A stretch of DNA of 64,000 bases, from the NCBI GenBank assembly GCA_045837725.1, contig JBEWZL010000178.1:1-64000 (forward strand), written 5' to 3'. Position numbers and translations under genes: made by a program. Source of the DNA: Vermamoeba vermiformis. Its lineage: Eukaryota. Shown piece after piece: positions 40,201-53,841 of the stretch. The notes under the pieces were generated by a model. It had not been told where the DNA came from. It saw only the letters and a list, made by a program, of their open reading frames with translations, and searched no databases. Every line of letters starts with the position of its first letter. The stretch's first letter is position 1.

Positions 40201-40803
40201 GGGATCTTGTTTTTTTACCTTTTGTCTGACGTTATCATAGCTTGGTCTCCTGTTTATCGTAAAACAAACGAGAAATACGTCTATTATATTGATTAGAGAT
40301 AAAATTAACGGGTGGTTGGTCATTTTACGTGCCTGTTTGTGGATACGACAGCGGACGAAGTCGATCTGAGATACTGTTGGTTAATTATTTCGTAAATTCT
40401 ACAATTAGACGTACCATAGTCTTCAGGTCCTGCAGTATCCCACAAACCTAGATTGATTGGCTTGCCGTCGACCATCACCTTTTCGAAATTTAAGTCAGAT
40501 CTGCACGTTAAATTCTTTCGATAGCTTTTTATACTTACATTAGCACTATAGTTATCAAATACCTAAATAAATTAATTATATAAAATGCTACGGTGTTTTA
40601 ACGATGGATTCAATTTTTCAGCGCTTACCGTTGGAACGTATTCACCGGGAAAAGCATTTGTGGTGTACGAAATAAGCATGCAAGTCTGCAGAAAAATATT
40701 GTTAGTGTTATTTGACGGCACGTCCTCCAGATCCACGATGATTTATAATTTTTACCTTTCCCACAGCTCCATCACCAACAACAACGCACTTTATGGCTTG
40801 CAT
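37238..40803 (-). CDS. RhoBTB: RhoBTB (RacA-like) protein with Kelch repeats inserted in BTB1, copy 1; CaaX CIVQ
   Basis: [25 protein letters not shown]; poly-Pro; [15 protein letters not shown]; Kelch (GG..Y/W) repeats; [12 protein letters not shown]; second BTB; C-terminal QWPG motif; last exon [10 protein letters not shown]. Confidence 0.9.
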
Positions 40804-41185
40804 TTGCTAATTGAATATTAACTTGCATACAAAAAACATCGAGTTACATTTCTGTTCCTCGCTAAAATCTCGTTTCAGCTAAAGAAGTGATTCACAAAAT
40901 CATTTTCTGGGCACGTGTCAATCAGCAGCATTCGTAAAGCATGGCATCATTACAAGAGTATATTTTTATTCAAGCGAGCACAAACCCAATTTAATGTAAA
41001 CGGATGCGATTCAGTTTACGGTTTAGTCATACTTTTGACGTACTACGGTACTCAGAACAGCTAACTATGTGGCCTTCGCTTGTCTTAGAAAATCGTACAG
41101 CTGACGTACAGCGTTGCAGACCACTAATGGGTCCATGGACGCACATTCTGACTATTCGCCGGATCTTGATATGATTTCAGTACGC

Positions 41186-44100
41186 TCACTGAACTACACA
41201 ATCCTTATCCTTCTTTTTGCCTGGCGATCACGAGGTTAACTTTGACGTGAATTAACACCAACACTCTACGTACCTTTCTTGCCATAAATAGCCTTCCACT
41301 CATCGTACAAATAGTGATACTCAGGACCAGGCCACTGACCACGCACCACTTCTTCACGATTGCCCAGTGTCATTTCGTTCTTGAACCACGACTGTTCACT
41401 GATGGTGTCAAAGTTGACTTGCATCCACCAAATACAATACGAGCGCAGTTGTCGCAATTCGAGCTCTTCTGCAAGTGTCAGCACACTCAGCACGTATCCG
41501 TGTGCATCGTGCTTGTCTTCTTCTTGCACTGAGTCACGCAAATGACATGCACAGTGTGAGGCATACTCTTTGAGATTCATCTATCAAGTCGCATTAGCTC
41601 ACAATAACGTGTCGTGAACAATTCCAGCCGTGCCATTGTTACCTTGACGAGTTTGGGCAAGACCACTTTCGAGTACTCATAAGGCTTGTTTTCAAAGTAA
41701 ACGGTGCCAGTGTACAAGAATCGTTTCACTGCTTCAAACTCCAAGTCAGTCAAGTCGACTTTGATCGTGCAATGCTGTTCAGTGTCAGCAAGAATAGCGC
41801 CAAAGTGATCACTTCCTGCCGCAAGTAAGGCCTTGGGTAACATTGTTAGCAAATCTTGGATAGCTCTTTGATTTGCATTTGACTTACCTTGTGACAGAAC
41901 TCTCGCTTTTTGCTCGGAAGTTCAACGCACACATCAGCGAACACGGGCACTGACGCGTTCTCATTAGTATTGTTGTTGTTAGCGTTGTCACTCTCAGCCA
42001 GTGACAAGAAGAATCTCTTTCGCTCGTCAGATGTGAAGCGAGGATATCGTTGGAAGAACGTCAGTCCTTCTTTGACTGCCTCGACTGAGAAATCTTTAGG
42101 ACTTGGAGGTAGCCCTAATAATGAATTAGATTTCACATTTATTAATAAATGCCACATACCAGTGTAGCACGAGGCCAAAACGACCAAGAACGCCTCATAC
42201 GAGAAATCTTTTACTTCAATCGTGAAGTGCTCGTCATACTTCCAATCGACATCGTCGTGCTCTTTGAGTTTAAAAATAGTTGTTTCTTGTGCAATCGTGG
42301 TAGCAGTTTTCCCCGTAAACAAGCACAGCTCTTCTGTTTCAGCGTTGAATGACGCTGCGTGATACAGTCTGCTGAGCTCTTGATCCTCACAGTGCAGCTG
42401 CACGAAAATTAGTTAGCGTAGTCCAGAGTATTGACTTCAACGTACCTTGGTCCACTTGAGAGTGGTGTGACGAGTGTTGAGAACAAACACATCTGAAAAG
42501 TCTTTGTTCTCTTTCGCATTCTGTCCACCATGAATAATAACGTTCTCACTGTCGATTTGTGCCATTGCAAAGCCTGTGCGTGGTTCTGGAGTGTCACCTT
42601 TGATTTTGACTTCACTCCAAGTCTTGGTACTGAGATCGTACGATAATATCTCGTTCAGTGGTGTTGTACCGTTTGTTCCACCAAACACAATCATCACCGG
42701 CTTCTTCTTGTGTTTCATGAGTACTGCATGATGGTTGTATCGTGCTGATGGCCACCCTTGTTCACTGATTTTCTCGGTGCTCCACGTGCTCGTTGACAAG
42801 TCGAGAATGAATAGTTCGTTGCTCTTGCCACCTTCATTGTCATATCCTCCGAACACAATCATTTCATTCTCGTGCAACACTGCCGAGTGACCGTAACGAG
42901 GTGCAGGTACCACTCCTTTGGTGTCGAGTTTGATGAACTCCAATGTCTTTGTGTCGAACACAAATGTGCTGTTCGAGTACTTGTTGCTCTTGCCTCCAAA
43001 CACGTAGATCAGATGATCTTTCACCACTGCTGAGTGAAGGTTACCTTGTGGGTAAGTGCCATTATTGGTCAGTGCAATCGGATCCAACCACTTTGAGCCG
43101 TCTACATAACAAGCAGTTAACAAAACAATTACTGTTAATTCAAACAACAATAATTTACCAAATCGCAACACATTGTTGCAAGCATTGCCTCCAATGTCAG
43201 CACCACCAATGATGTACGTGACACCGTTGATTGTCGATGCTGTTGCTCCGTATCTGGCTCCGTGAAAAGGTGGCAACAGTACCGAGTTTTTCAAGCTGCA
43301 CGCTCCGTACGTCCTATTGAGTTTGCTTCCTGATACTTGTTCGAATGGCGTCTTCGTCAGCGTGAACATTGGAGGCAGCTCAGTTGAACCGTTGACAAAG
43401 ATCTTCTGAAACATTGGACTTGATGCACTCAACACCACTTTGTGAGCGAATAGCTCTCTGTGAATAACGAGGAGAAGTTAGTTTGATTGATGAGATCGTT
43501 AAACGTACTTGTCTTGCACTCTGAAAGTGACATCTGAGAACTGTTTGTTGTTGACAAGTGTTGCAAATCGAGCGTCGGTGAATGTCAGTGGAGATACGAC
43601 GGGTGGTTCGGGCTTTGGCGGAGGTGGTGGCGGTGGATTTTTGACCGTCGGATCTATCACCGCTCTGATTGCCGTATCAAAAACCACTTTGAGACCTTGT
43701 TGGGTCCGCGCCGAGCTATGAATATGTACAGCAAGTTAGTATCAGAGATCCATTGTAACAAAACACGGGTGTTACCATTCGAGGTATCTAACAGCTCCAA
43801 CTCGTTTAGCCATCGCTTCGCCTTCTTCAGTGGTAATAGGCTCCGGCCCTAAATCTATTATTGTGCCGTAATGGTTGTACGGGGAATCTCGCAGATCAAC
43901 TTTCGTGCCAATCAGAAGGAACGGCGTGTTTGGGCAATGATGCGTAATCTAACGATTGTGAGCCATATGTATATATATTCGTATAAAATAGATACCTCAG
44001 GCACCCACTACGTGATCGCGTTAGAATTGTGTACAGAAATAAATAATTGCTTTTACCTTGGCAGCTACATTGTTAAAGCTATTTCTACGGTGGATTGTAA

Positions 44101-44645
44101 AGCACACCAAAAACACATCTATTTAATGGCAATCAACAATGGGCTTGCGCAATGCGAAAGATCCGCTTACCAGTTTGGGGATACATGAGCGGACGTAGTC
44201 GATCTGCGATGAAATTTAGATGGAAAATCAAGCAACATAAATAAACGTACCATAGTCTTCACCGCCAGCATTGTCCCACAAGCCTAGATTGATTGGTTTG
44301 TCATCTACCATCACCTTTTCGAAATTTAATCCAGAGAGCTAGTAAAATTCTATCAATCATTTTATCGTCTTACATTAGCACTGTAGTTGTCAAATACCTG
44401 CAGGAATAAATTAAAGAAAATAGGTTAGGACAAAAAATTGGAAAATTAAATTAAGTACTTACAGTTGGAATATATTCGCCAGGAAAACCATTTGACGTGT
44501 ACGATATAAGCATACAAGTCTGGAAAAAAAATATTATTAGCAGGATCGTTTGAGACTGAGAATTAGAACTTCAGGATTTGAAATCCGAAAAAATCACCTT
44601 TCCGACTCCACCGTCCCCTACAACGACGCACTTTATAGCTTGCAT
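41186..44645 (-). CDS. RhoBTB: RhoBTB (RacA-like) protein with Kelch insertion, copy 2; CaaX CVVQ
   Basis: [25 protein letters not shown]; same architecture and intron positions as copy 1; last exon [11 protein letters not shown]. Confidence 0.9.
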
Positions 44646-44830
44646 TTTAGTTTAAATACTATCGACTTTTATAGGTTAATGACCTACTATAGAGTGACTG
44701 TTACGGAAATGAGTTTCGTTCGCCAAAATCTCATTTTCAGCTAACACCGGATAGTACAAAAGTTATTTTTGCTTTAGTACAAGTATTTAGAACTAAAATA
44801 TACAATAATTATGATGATTTGATAGGTGAA

Positions 44831-45890
44831 CTATTGCACGATACATTCTTTTTTCTTATTTTTGCTGGCTGTCGCTTCTCGATCTGTCGTAGCTCGACCA
44901 TTTGTAAAATTATTCGGATTGATTACAACTCTAACTGCAGTTTCAAACACATTATGTAAACCGTTTTGGGTGCGCGAGGAACTGAAGCAAAATATTATGA
45001 GAGGTCGTCATTGTAGCTCCAGTACTTACCATTCTACGTATTTAACAGCACCAATTTGTCGTGCCATTTCTTCACCCTCTGCTGTTGTAATAGGATTTGA
45101 GCCTAGAGTCTCAGTCTTACCATGGCTGGTAAAATTCTGATCGCGCAGATCTGTCTTCATGCCCACGAGCAAGAACGGTGTCTCCGGACAATGATGTCTA
45201 ACCTGCCAATGCGTTAATTACTTAACATTACCTATCGTGGCGGATTCGTACCTCAGGCAGCCACTGTAATCAAAATAATTAGGACCCACAAACAAAAACC
45301 AAAGTAGTTGCGGACTTACCGTCGTTGAGATGTTTGTGAAGGTGTCCCTACGATTGATTGCAAAGCAAAGCAAGAATACGTCTGGTTTGAAAATTAATTT
45401 GACTTGTTGGTTTAATTTTGCGGTTAAGGATCTAACCTGTTTGCGGATACGATAGTGCACGAAGTGGATCTGAATTCTAAAAGGTTACAATAATTCAAAA
45501 TAATTGCTCAGCAACGTGCTTACGGTAATCGTCTACTCCAGCGCTGTAATTCTCCCACAAAGCTAAATCGATTGGCTTTCCGTCCACTTTAATCTATTAA
45601 CGTTAAGAATATAGTGGAAAATTGACTAATACTCCTCGGTCCTTTTTCTTACTCTCACATTAAAATTATCGAAGATCTACAAAATAAATAAATTAAAACT
45701 TATTATTCAAATTAATTACTGGCGGCGAAAAAAGACTTACTGTAGGAACAGAATCGTCAGTAAATGCATTATTCAAGTACGTTATTAGCATAGAAGTCTA
45801 AATGCTGGTTGAGTAAATTCTAGACAAATCGTAACTACGCACTTTGCCGACGTGCGGATCTCCAACTACGACACATTTTATCTTTAGCAT
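44831..45890 (-). CDS. Atypical Rac/Rho small GTPase; CaaX CIVQ
   Basis: [44 protein letters not shown] micro-exon; GMKTDLR; ECSS; KNKKKECIVQ*. Confidence 0.85.
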
Positions 45891-46028
45891 AGTATTGCTT
45901 AGATGAGTTTTATAAACTACAATGAAACTCAGAAAATCTCAAAGTTGAGCTAAACGGTTCAACTTACCAAAAAGGCAACAATTTTGCAAGCACGTAATTT
46001 AAATTATGAGAATCATAGGGACTGCTAT

Positions 46029-48166
46029 TTATTTATAACTCTCGTTTGCAGTTGGAAATCCTTTTTCAAGGATGTAATTGTACACTGTTGGCGAATCACT
46101 TCGGCGCGTGGATCCCTCGTCATTATTAGTTGCACTAGCTTCAGTAGTTTGATTATTATTATTATTGGTGACCTTAGTAGTGGGCATAATGACTCGCCAG
46201 CCTTTAGCAGCCCCAGAAAATTCGTTGCTAATGCTGGTCGTGGTAGTCTCCACTTCAATGCTGCTGTTGCTGCTCGTCGGTGCTGTGACAGCTCTAGGAC
46301 TAGACACCGTGGACCTGAATATGACGCGATTGCTCGGACTCGTGCCAGGTGACACCATATTAGGGTTATTCGGCGGACTACTAGGATTGCTCGTGACTTC
46401 AAATGAGATTGTGTTCACTGCTGGAGCACTCAAACTGGTCTGTAGCGTGCCTTGGTTCGGATTCAATTGCTGACTCTTGTTACGCGCAATTGACAGCGGT
46501 CCTGACTTTTCCGCTTCTAAAAATAGAACAGTATTAATACGGCGTCAAAAAGATGCATTGCGCTTGTACGATAAGAAAGCTATTCAATAGCTTCTATAAT
46601 TACCTCTATGAAGATTAGGCGAGGAGTTCTGTTTGACTTGATTGGGCCTGTTCTGTGCACGCGTCACAACATCCTTTGCAATACTTCCAAGAGCATCACG
46701 GAGAGCAATTGAAGGGTCACTGTGCGACATCGGAACTATCCTCGGTGAATTAGCGTTGCTGTTGTTGGCGCTACTCGCATTACTGGAAGTTGCGGAGGTG
46801 TTGGCACTGTTCGTGTTGGAACTCTCACGTGAGCTATTTTGAGCTTGTAATAGTAACTGTCGTTGCGTAGGTGGCGGGGTCGAGTTCATATCAAACTCTC
46901 CTTGCTCCGATTTTGCGATGAGTTCTTGTTCCAGATCCGTCAAAGCTGCTTGGCACGCGGTGCAGATTTTGATTGGCTTGTCGAATCCAAGTCTCGGCTG
47001 TGGCTTTTTAGTGGCTATTAAGCACTTTGAGTCGACAATAAGGCCACATAAGCGACAGTGATGCTAAAAATAGAACGTTAGATCAGGATCGATAAACCAT
47101 AAAAAAACTTCTGAGTTAGTTGAGGTTACTTACGCGTCTATTAACGTAATTAAATGCAGTACCGCAGACCTTGCAAGATTTGAAAAGAATATCTGGCTTC
47201 CAATGAGATTTAAATTGCAAGTTGGTGACTTTCAGTGAACGGAGCAAATAGAAGTACCGCACGACGATCTCGTTTCCATATTCGGAAATATTTGCAGGCA
47301 CAACGAAGGTCTGGCTCGGAGTGTGCACCAATTCTTTCAAATTTTTGCAATGAACGATGGCTGGCGGAATTTCTATGTCTGGAAGTTCGACCATTGATAA
47401 GAACCGCAAGCTGGTCATTTGGGAAATTTCATCGGAAATTGACTTGATCTTGTTACTGTCCAACAATAACAGCTGAAGATTTCCTAATTTGTAAAGTTCT
47501 TTTGGGAATTCAGTGAGCAAGTTGAAAGGCAGCGTCAAAATTTCCAAATTAGTTAATTCGCTGATTTGAGTTGGTAATGAGGACAGGAGATTTCGCTCGA
47601 GATTTAATTCCTTCAATTGCACGAGCTGGCTGATTTGTGCTGGCAAAGCTGTCAATAAATTTTCCGACAAGTTGAGACTGGTCACTGCCGCCAAATTGTT
47701 CAACATTAATGGCACCGATGGAATTCTATTCCGCGACAAATTGAGTTCTATGAGCTGGTTCTCTGAAAGTCCTTCTAAATTAGGAAAAGAGTCCAAGCCA
47801 CAGTTTTTGAGGATTAATCGTTGCATAGAATTCGGCCATAATTGTCCAAATTGATTCCCTGACTTGAAGAATGTGTTCCTATAATTATTATAACTATATT
47901 AATACCATGAAGAAATTCCGCAAAGAACAGAATCTTTTGCAATCTTGATCCGCCGTCAAAAATCAGATCCGTAATAAACAATTGCAGAATGTTATTATAT
48001 AGTGAGATATAATCATTATTTGCATTTGTACTTACATGTCCTTGGTATTGGTCATTTCTATCGTCGTGGATTGTCTTTCAGTGAACCCCGCCAATTTGTC
48101 GATAATTTTTTGCAATTCTTTCGACTCTTGTATCGTCAATTTGTCTGCTAAATAGTTCGTATACAT
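46029..48166 (-). CDS. LRR + FYVE zinc finger protein with Ser/Asn-rich tail
   Basis: LRR exon 47116-47826; WKPD..CKVC..F..VNRR-HHCRLCGLIVDSKC..KICTAC FYVE; low-complexity C-terminal exons. Confidence 0.85.
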
Positions 48167-48399
48167 TACTATCGATCCATGATGATGTCGTGCTGGCGCT
48201 GTGCTCGGGATCAGCTGTGCTTTGGGATCTGGTTTTTTGGCGCCAACTCCGAACTTCTCTTTATCTTCATATAAAACAATTAAAATATTATTTATCGTGC
48301 ATTTAATATTATGCGCATTTTTCTAATATTATGCCGACAATTTGGAAGGAAAAAGATTAGAAAATTAATTTTTGTTCCGGCAGATCCGTTCAACTACGT

Positions 48400-49380
48400 C
48401 TAAATGGTACCTTAATCAATATATGTATTTATAAAATAATCTTACCTTTCTTATTTGGTTTTTTAGTACTAACGGCTACAATTTCCGCATTTTGTTTTGC
48501 CGCTTCTTCTTTCCTCGTGTGTTCCACGTATTGTTTGAACTGTTCGCTGCCTAAAAATTTTGGAAAGCTGTCTTGTAATAATATTTGAATCACTGCATCT
48601 TCGAGTTCTTGAAATAGAAGTTGTGGTGCGTCATCCAATTTAGTTTTGACTGATTCTCGTGCATAAGCTGAATATTATTGTAGTGTTAATATTTAAGTCT
48701 TTGATAAAACGAAATATGATTTAAAAACATTATTTTTGGCTTTTGAAACGTGGACTCGATCCTAAAATGGATCAGACCTTGCCGTTGTAATTTACAGCGG
48801 ACGTTTTAACAAGGTTTGGAAGCTATGAAGAACGGGCACAGCATTTAAACCGATAAAAATATTTTCGGGTGCCAATAAAATTGAAATTTTTGAACTATTT
48901 AAAGATTCTGTCTTAAATTTAGACGATCCGTAAATTAATCCTCTAAAATTTAGTATTTGCGTTGGAAATGATTCTTACCTTCGATATTGATTTCGTAATT
49001 TGATAAAGGAGTGCAATACTTCTCCCAAATTTCTTTTGCTCGAATTTTTCGTAGATCAGGGCTGAGAATCTCTTTATAACCCTCTATAATTGCAATAAAG
49101 TTAATCAAGATATGTAAAATATTATACAAACCGATACAAATAATATTTCGAGACTTTTCCGAAGATTCGTTTTTTCAAAATGAGTCACACGTAAAGTCAT
49201 ATTTAGATGTACGATTAATTTTGTCATAAAACTATTCTACTTACGAACTTCTACTACAAATGATAGATTTTCTCCGCCCAATATTTCTTTTAAAAATCCT
49301 CGAAAGACAAGGCACAGATTTGGATCTGTTATAACTGCTTTTAAGTCTTTCAAAGTTGCCTTTATATCCAGAAAATCCAT
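48400..49380 (-). CDS. RGS (regulator of G-protein signalling) domain protein
   Basis: VFRGFLKEILGGENLSFVVEV; AKEIWEKYC..YEINIE; LFQELEDAVIQILLQDSFPKFL; end is 48400 if the last short intron is spliced, otherwise 48429. Confidence 0.85.
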
Positions 49381-49742
49381 TTCTATCTGCAATGTGCTCT
49401 TCTTCAAAATAGTAAAATCATTAATAGCAAAAATGCTTGTGGTGTCACAAAGTGTCAAAACGTCAATCAGCCCTGATTTATTTCGAAACACTTCTTTGCA
49501 GGGATTATTTTACGAACATTCACGGTACTATCTGGAATTGCTGTTTTATGCAGGGTATGAACTCTTCGGCCAAGAGAAAATGATCGGACTTGGTGTACTC
49601 TGAATAAACAGCCTTTTGTAAGCTCGCAGCTGCTTTTGCATTGAACGCAGACCATATCGCTTTGTACGAAGGGCTAGGTCCTTCGCTAATCAGTGCACCA
49701 GTTTGGACATTGACGCCAGGTAATAAAAAAACTCAAACTTAC

Positions 49743-50043
49743 CGGGTAGGGAAGATAATGGTGTACTTCACATCGATATTGCTCGCCATCGAGTTCTAAA
49801 ATTAGTGCAAAAGGCTCCTCGATTGTAGTCCCTGGTCAGTAAAATTAATTTGAGTTAATTATTAATAATTAAAAATTAGGTACTTACTTCTAGGACCGCT
49901 GCCGAACCTTTTACAAATTTGCTCTAATTTGATAAGATGTATTTATAATTATTTCAAAAATTATTGCTTACGGCAAAAGCAGTCTTTCCTACTCCTTGTT
50001 TTCCCACGACCAGGATCTTAATCTCTCGGGCACCACAAAACAT
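49743..50043 (-). pseudogene. N-terminal half of a Ras-like small GTPase (relic, or degenerate 5' part of the RGS gene)
   Basis: MFCGAREIKILVVGKQGVGKTAFA / SKFVKG / TTIEEPFALILELDGEQYRCEV in three exon-like blocks; DxxG and NKxD not found; splice phase of exon 2-3 is ambiguous. Confidence 0.5.
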
Positions 50044-50225
50044 CAGAGTTTTATTATTAATTGGACCCTATGTTAGTATTATTGTGGCTATTAATTCATT
50101 GTGAACAGATCTAATCATGTTTTTTACGTCTATTTTTATGCGGGAAAACGTATTCGTTGGAATATATTTTGTTTAACGTTATATAAATACAAGTCAATGA
50201 TAATAATTCATTCGATATTGCCTCA

Positions 50226-53200
50226 TTAATCTTTTTGATTTAAAATAAGCCACTTCATTTTCTTCTTGAAGTCAGCGAACGAAGAGCTGCTCTTCGGAGT
50301 ATCTTGCGAGGCTACGGCAACATCGAGCTTATATTGAGCGTCTAATCTTAAAAATATTTTGGTTTGTCCTACGGCATACTCTTCTTGGACCAAATGACCG
50401 GCAAGAATTTCTTTTGAGAGCTGAAGGACCAGCTCTTTGTCTTTCTTCTCGAGCGCTCCTTTAGCTTCTTCTTTTCGCTCGCGCTTTTCTTCTTTTTCAA
50501 CGTCTTTTCGATTTTCTTTCGACAAAAGCGATTTGAATCTGGATTCAATTTCAAAAAGTTAGTTTAAATTGCTGTAAAAGCTTCCTATTGAGGCTTAATT
50601 ACCTAGACAAAAACTTTGAAGGAGTATAATGCACAGGAAAGCCTTTCTGAATTAACTTCAAGGTCTCCACGACTCCGTTCCACTTGATCTGATCGCGAAC
50701 GTATTTGACGTCGATTACGCCAGGTGTGGCGTTCTTATTAGGCTTGACGCACTTGACGTAATTAGATTCGGCTTCTTGCAGCACTTTAACCAAGCCGTTC
50801 ATTTGTTTCTGAAATTGAACGTTAACTTTACCAAAATAGGAAAATACGTGCACGTTAGTTACTTACCATGTAAAATGAGGAAACTGAGTTCAAATGAGCT
50901 GAATGGTTCTTATAGAGCGATAAAATAAGCTTGTTCTTGCTTTTTGCGACGAGATCAGCGAGAGATTTCGACAACAGATCGCGGTTCTTAAATAACAAGT
51001 CCTTTGTTTGGTAGACGACCTAATAATACCACATTAATACCACAAGTGTATCTTAATAATATGCCTGTCGTACCTTTCCGGGACCATGATTAATCGAGAA
51101 AGTTGCCTTTTCGGCGACCAAATTCTTTGAGTGGATCAGATTCAGTTCTTGAACAAGATCGATTTGATCCAAGTCATCAGTTCTGAAGCACAGCTCGTTA
51201 AATAAGGCCATTAATCCATTAGGCTCGGCTTCGAACGTGTCCAAAGTCGTTTTCAGATTCAGATCGAAGTCGACGTGTTTCCAATTCAGTTCTTTTTGAT
51301 AGAGCTCTTGTTCTTCATGGACAAACAAATTGAACATTTGTTGCATCTTGTCGTTAGTATAGTTAATGCATAGCTGCTCCAAGCTGTTCTCCTACAATTC
51401 AAATTTAGATCAGACCAAAATTTTAAATCCAAAAATTTAGATCTTACCTCGAGATTTTCATAACCTGAAATATCGAGAATGCCAATCCAATTGCATTCAG
51501 TAAAGTTTCCTTTGCCAATCTGCGAGTTAATCGTTTTGACGACCCACGCAAATAACTTTTCGTACAGATCTTTCGCCAAAGCGTCGCGCGAAATAATTGC
51601 CTAAAAAAAACGTTAGAAAATGCATCTATAGTATAGGACGTATAAAACGTACTTTGCTCTTGCTTAGAGTAATAACAACGTCCATAGATTGCATCTTTAA
51701 CAACGTAATGGCGTCTTCGAGATCCTTTACTTCGAACTCGAGTAATTCCGCTGCGTGTTGCAAAGCTGCAAAAAAAGAATTATTAGAATGATATTTTTAT
51801 TAAATTTAATATTGCTAGAACGGTACCTGATTGATTTTTGACCGAAGCTTTGCCATCTTTCTCGTCAAAGTCGATGTTGCCTAAATGAAGAATGCCAGCA
51901 AGTGTTCGCCAAATCAATCGTTGCTTTTCTTCTTTGAACTTGAGTATTTCCATAGCCGCACGAAGCTTATTGAAATCCTTCGCGTCATCGAGCAGATCCA
52001 CCTTGGCATTCTCGCCGTTTCGAAGGTAATAAAAATCATTCACAGATTTAATGTGCAACCGTTCTATGATATATATATTAATATTATGAGCCTATTAGAT
52101 ATAAATATGATAATATAACGTACCTAACTCTTCTTGCGGCAAGCCAGCAATCATGCGATAAAATACGTGGAAATTTCGTTCATTTTTGGGTACGTAGCAA
52201 ACACGCGATTTTTCCAAAATATCTATAATAAGACTATATTAGTACTATACTCTTATAATATGCATTTACGTATTTAGATCCGGACTTACAAGTTTGAACT
52301 TCTCCAGCAGTCATTTTGAACGCTTTATCGAAATAAATTCTCGTGAACTTGCCCTATTAATTTCGAAATGGTTAATTACCAGCTAAGCAATAATAAAATT
52401 GATAAAATTAATTGCTGCATACAAATCTTGAAGAGTTGTGGTTCATAATCGTTTTTGCATTGCCAAAAGATTCCAACAACGGTGCCGCAGAACTTATAAA
52501 AATAATCGTTAATTATACTAATACTATTATATAACTATAATACGTACTAAATTTTTCCTTCTAACGCTTCGCTGCCGCCAGAAATCTCGCCCAAGTAACG
52601 GATCGCGAATTTAGTCGTTTCAGTTTTACCACTACCGCTCAATCCACTATAAAATAGACATCATATTAATATTAAATACTAGTATATTATTTAAATGGTT
52701 GTTAATTTTCATACCTGACTAAAATCGATTGATCTGTGCCGTCATATTTCATCGTATTGTAAACGCGTTGAACGAGGCCAAAAACGTGCGGATGAGTGAA
52801 GCTCTTTACGCCAGGCACTTTATATTCGGCCATAGCTTCCTTATTGTAAAGCTCTTGGTGCCACTTGAACGGATTCAAAGCCCCCAAAAATAATCCGCTG
52901 TTCGTCTGTAACGAAACAGAATATTATTATAATATTATGATAGAATAATACTAGTTATCCAGGAAATTATAATCTTATACCGCGCTACACTTCCATTCAC
53001 AAAATTAAATTTCAGACCGATTTGAATTAAATGCTCACTTACGTAGATCTGGTCGTGATCGTAGCGCCATTTCAAAGCATTGAGAATACTGCTCGTGGTA
53101 TACTTCTTCAAGAACACGAGCTCTTGAATGCCTTCTGAGTTTTGATAAACGGCTGCTGTATCGACTTGAATTATTTCTCCCTAATAATTAGAGAACATTA

Positions 53201-53637
53201 AATTAAATTCGAATTATTTGCATTGCATAAAATAGTTATATAGAGATAAATAGCTCATTTAATATCAATGCCATTTTCAACCGTTGCGTATCGAAATTTT
53301 GGATATTTAGTTATACCGTCTATTATTGGTGATATTATGCGATAAAATGTATTATTATACGTTATATAAACGGTTGGTAATCATAATTTCTCAATGATAC
53401 GTATTCAAATATTTAATTTAATTTAATTAATTGATCTTGGCGGTTTTTAAGCTTAATAACAGTAATGTTATAAATAAGCCAGCAATTACTTACTTCATTA
53501 TTAGGCTTCGCAGGATCAACTACTTGAACGCTCACGGTCTTTTCTGTGGGATCAGATTCCAACTTGACAATTCGAAATCCAGTTTTGCGGTCGCAGATCC
53601 AAGCAAGATCTCCTTTCTTAGGCTCAACAGCAGCCAT
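50226..53637 (-). CDS. Myosin motor domain protein (about 770 aa) without IQ neck or tail
   Basis: ALNPFK; HPHVFG; SGLSGSGKTETTK; LESFGNAKTIMNHNSSRFGK; NERNFHVFY; LDISGYE; EQLCINYTND; YVKCVKPN; GQTKIFLR then ~30 aa and stop. Confidence 0.92.
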
Positions 53638-53841
53638 TTAATTGCGTCGATTGTGTTGCTGTTTAAAATTGCGGAATTAATGAAAGGACACAAAAAAAAA
53701 TAGTTTTTAAATTTCATTAGTGCACTAGATTGTCTGAAAGTTTGTGGTGAAGATCATTAATTATTACACATTAACGCAAATAACCCGAGCACACCTCAGA
53801 AAAAAATTGCATATAAATTCGTATTATATAATTTATTGGCT

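Noticed and set aside
37238-44645. Tandem RhoBTB copies as an assembly artefact
   Set aside because: The copies differ substantially in the Rho domain, introns, stop codon and UTRs
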